From IMG/VR virus record IMGVR_UViG_3300032123_000052, positions 103,401 through 167,400 of that record: a DNA stretch of 64,000 nt; one strand, written 5' to 3'. The notes beneath the pieces were generated by a model. The model ran no database searches and was not told the origin of the DNA. It saw only the letters and a program-made list of their open reading frames with translations. A program made the translations under genes and the position numbers. Each line of letters opens with the position of its first letter. The stretch's first letter is position 1. This document shows positions 61,197-64,000 of the stretch, one piece after another. Source of the stretch: a virus.

Positions 61197-62525
61197 TTAT
61201 ACAACTTCAGTTTCAATCTGGACAGCAACTTTCTTATCGTCCGGTGTGGCAAAGACAGCGTCGCCTGACGTTTCTTTTTCTGGAGCTTTGGCAAGAATGG
61301 TTGTTAATTGTCCTTTTAGCTCATCTTCAACCTTATATCTCAATATGGATTCAAACTGAGATAGCTGCCATTCCATACCGCATAATAATTTTGAAGGTAG
61401 ATTGAGAATAATTATATGGCCACAGCCCCATGACTGCGCGTTGGAAATAATTCTTCTGGTCCAAAGATGGTTCTTCTCCTTTTTGCCGTTAAGCTTTCTA
61501 TTAGTAATATTTTCACTACGACCATTAATTACCTTTAGAATTTTACGGGAACCCCAATTATTAAATTTACTTCCGACAGATGCTCTTTGGTCTTTGAATT
61601 TGCTGGTAAGAATAGCCAACTCCTTGTTCCAAGCACGAGCCTCAGTAACATCTATCTTATCTGAATAATGAAACTTCTCATCACAATACATCGTAATGGC
61701 ACACTCAGGATCATCAGTAAATTCAACATACATAACCCTGTTTTTAAAGTCTTCAACAACCTTTTCCGGCATTTTGTAAGTTACTGTAAGGGTTAAATAT
61801 CTGTGCTTCTGGCCATCAGACCCATTCTTATAATTAGACCCAAGATACATTGTACCAGGTCTCCACACGTCGTCACGGAGATTTTTAAACTTCCAGAACA
61901 TGTTGTTTGGAAGACTACTCTTAACATGAAACTCTACAGGGCCAATTGAATGGTCCCATTTAACAATAATACTTTTTTCCATAAATTTCGGCTTTGCCGT
62001 CAATCGCGGCATGCCAATGCCTATTTTTCGAAACCTGGCAAAAGCACGAGATCCTTGAAGGGTAAGCCAACCGCGCGTGATTGTTTTTTTTTTAGTTGAA
62101 AATTCCGGATCTGGGTGTTTCCATGTTCCAACCACCTCATCCTTACATGAGGTCCACACGTATGACAGGACTGTAGGCATTTCCTCTTTATTTGCAAAAT
62201 CCCGAAGTTCATAAGCGTCGGCCTTATATCCAACTACACCATATGCGAGTTCAAGGATTTTTTTTGCAGATCCTTTAAATCCTTTTTTTGGTGTTAAAGT
62301 TAAATTGCCTTTTTTTGTTGTTATGGTCGCGCCTGTTGCCATTGCCATTGCTATAGCAGAAAACATTTTTCGTGCTGTAGCACGGTATAAATCTATTGAT
62401 GCAAAAATTCTACGTACCAACCCTGTTTTATCAGGATCATCAACAAAAACTTCAAACACTTGTGCCCTTGTGACTTTGTAATAGTCATCTTCATATCTTT
62501 TCTTTTGGCCTTCTTTCTTATTCAT
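61197..62525 (-). CDS. compact type V (Cas12f/TnpB-like) CRISPR effector, predicted nuclease-dead
   Basis: 442 aa next to the array. Cas12f-like segments: QGSRAFARFRK, LTVTYKMP..NRVMYVEF, NHLWTRRIISNAQSWGCGHIIILNL, WQLSQFESILRYKVE. No catalytic D/E, no Zn ribbon and no RuvC-III. Confidence 0.72.
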   Translation of the reverse strand: MNKKEGQKKRYEDDYYKVTRAQVFEVFVDDPDKTGLVRRIFASIDLYRATARKMFSAIAMAMATGATITTKKGNLTLTPKKGFKGSAKKILELAYGVVGYKADAYELRDFANKEEMPTVLSYVWTSCKDEVVGTWKHPDPEFSTKKKTITRGWLTLQGSRAFARFRKIGIGMPRLTAKPKFMEKSIIVKWDHSIGPVEFHVKSSLPNNMFWKFKNLRDDVWRPGTMYLGSNYKNGSDGQKHRYLTLTVTYKMPEKVVEDFKNRVMYVEFTDDPECAITMYCDEKFHYSDKIDVTEARAWNKELAILTSKFKDQRASVGSKFNNWGSRKILKVINGRSENITNRKLNGKKEKNHLWTRRIISNAQSWGCGHIIILNLPSKLLCGMEWQLSQFESILRYKVEDELKGQLTTILAKAPEKETSGDAVFATPDDKKVAVQIETEVV

Positions 62526-62562
62526 TCATCCTCCAATATCTGTTATTAGATAAGGCTATTTG

Positions 62563-62601
62563 TTACTATTGTTATACCACACTAGGGTATGGAATAACAG
62601 C
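62563..62601 (-). promoter_or_regulatory. phage promoter motif upstream of the Cas12f-like gene
   Basis: GCTGTTATT-N-TGGTATAACAATAGT; the same motif occurs upstream of about 10 other - strand operons. Confidence 0.6.
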
Positions 62602-62608
62602 ATACAAG

Positions 62609-63115
62609 CTAAACTTCTATTATGTTAATTCCTCTTTCACAACTATCTTTTGTTTCTATAACTTTGTCAATAATTTTTTTACCAATCTCTTTGGCTTTAT
62701 TGACAAAAGGATCGTTTTTCCCATTCTTCATATCATCAACCATCTTCATAAACATCTTCATACCGCGTTCTTCAGGAGCAACATCATAAATTTCCTGGAT
62801 AACATTCTCTGCGCCTTTGGGTGGCGAAAATTCGATATAAGCATACGTGCTATCAATATCACAGTTATAATTTTTAATATAGCACGGGTGTTTTTTCATT
62901 GCTTCAAAAACATATTTATAGTCAGATCTATTCCCGCCACCATTTCTCGTAAACAAGATTATTATCAAATCATTATCTCTCTTTACGATATATATATCTC
63001 GGATTCTTCCTACTGGATACTTACCATCTACCACATTTTCCATATTAAAACTCATTATGGCAAATAGATGTTTTGCAAACGGATGCACACCAAGTATTTG
63101 GTTATATAAACTCAT
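62609..63115 (-). CDS. phage hypothetical protein
   Basis: 168 aa; GRIRD...TRNGGGNR...D.TYA. Confidence 0.65.
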   Translation of the reverse strand: MSLYNQILGVHPFAKHLFAIMSFNMENVVDGKYPVGRIRDIYIVKRDNDLIIILFTRNGGGNRSDYKYVFEAMKKHPCYIKNYNCDIDSTYAYIEFSPPKGAENVIQEIYDVAPEERGMKMFMKMVDDMKNGKNDPFVNKAKEIGKKIIDKVIETKDSCERGINIIEV

Positions 63116-63134
63116 ATTTCCCTTTTCCCTTTCG

Positions 63135-63533
63135 TTAATCGATTATTTCAAAACCGTTGAAATATTTCATGTGAACTGTTATTATGTAGAATGATTCTGT
63201 AGATAGAGGCCAAAAAGTATTATACTCATATTCTATCTCAATGGGGTTTTGGCAGATATCCCACAAATCAAATGGTGCCGGATAGTCACCAAACATAAGC
63301 CTGTATGTTATACGCCAATTATCTGGATTTTCGTAATGCTCATCACACCCATTTGTATGAGTCTTGGTTATACTCGAGCGGAATATGAGAAGGTCTCCGT
63401 AAAAATTTCTTTTTTGCTTTATACTCCAACATTGTGGATACGGTAGTTTTAGCGAGTCCTGAACTAAAACCACCGTTTTCTTTTGTACAATTTTGCTCAG
63501 CTGCAATGCGACAGGCGCATCTTTAGGTTTCAT
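63135..63533 (-). CDS. hypothetical protein
   Basis: 132-aa ORF. Confidence 0.55.
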   Translation of the reverse strand: MKPKDAPVALQLSKIVQKKTVVLVQDSLKLPYPQCWSIKQKRNFYGDLLIFRSSITKTHTNGCDEHYENPDNWRITYRLMFGDYPAPFDLWDICQNPIEIEYEYNTFWPLSTESFYIITVHMKYFNGFEIID

Positions 63534-63542
63534 AGGTTGCCT

Positions 63543-63782
63543 CTATTTGCTGAAATAAGGTTCACCGTAATTAGGATCGTCTTTTGGTAAGTCCCAGGCA
63601 TATGTGACTTCATAATTAGTTTCTTCTTTCTCATCATACCAATTAAGGGTAGCGTCAGTCAAATCAGCTAACTTATAGCCAATCTTTTCACCAAAATATT
63701 CTAAGGTCCCATTATTAACCGAAATCAGATCACCCGGTCCAAGAAAATATTTATCACCGATTTTGTTTGGCATTTTTACCAT
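63543..63782 (-). CDS. hypothetical protein
   Basis: 79-aa ORF. Confidence 0.5.
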   Translation of the reverse strand: MVKMPNKIGDKYFLGPGDLISVNNGTLEYFGEKIGYKLADLTDATLNWYDEKEETNYEVTYAWDLPKDDPNYGEPYFSK

Positions 63783-64000
63783 CCTTTTTTATAACTATTT
63801 TGAATCAGTTACCACCCAACACTCAAGCGCTGCATCTTCAATATCAGCACCATCAGTCTGAGAATTGAAATTATAATCCATACCCTCAAGAATATCAGAA
63901 ACTTCAATGCCCTCATCGGCCCGAATAATAAGGCGGGTTTCAACTGTAACATAAATTTTTCTAGCCATAATTATTTTTTCCTGTTTTAATTAATCAAATT

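Noticed and set aside
1..64000. Stop-codon reassignment
   Set aside because: Long genes are intact and densely packed under the standard code, and no clear suppressor tRNA is present.

Overview
This window looks like part of a large myovirus-type (possibly jumbo) phage genome in the standard genetic code. Positions 1-20.2 kb (+ strand) hold a virion module: capsid, neck, M15 peptidase, a 2302-aa acidic repeat protein, tail sheath and tube. Positions 20.6-64 kb (almost all - strand) hold short early/accessory operons with a recurring promoter motif. Recognisable genes there include thioredoxin, a ligase-like protein, PolX, a HAD nucleotidase, two NUDIX hydrolases, a DinG-like helicase, an HNH nuclease, a nucleotidyltransferase and a tRNA. 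A non-autonomous tnpB insertion sequence (21197-22428) splits an HTH gene. The standout is a compact CRISPR locus at 60.2-62.5 kb. It has a 442-aa Cas12f-like protein that appears nuclease-dead and an array with type I-E-like geometry (29-nt repeats, 32-nt spacers). Two covarying tracrRNA-like copies flank the array, and several spacers resemble promoters or RBS/start-codon regions. This suggests a phage-borne RNA-guided repressor. Several structured non-coding regions are also present, including a mimic of the 23S rRNA L11-binding hairpin. All family calls come from motifs read by eye; no database search was run.
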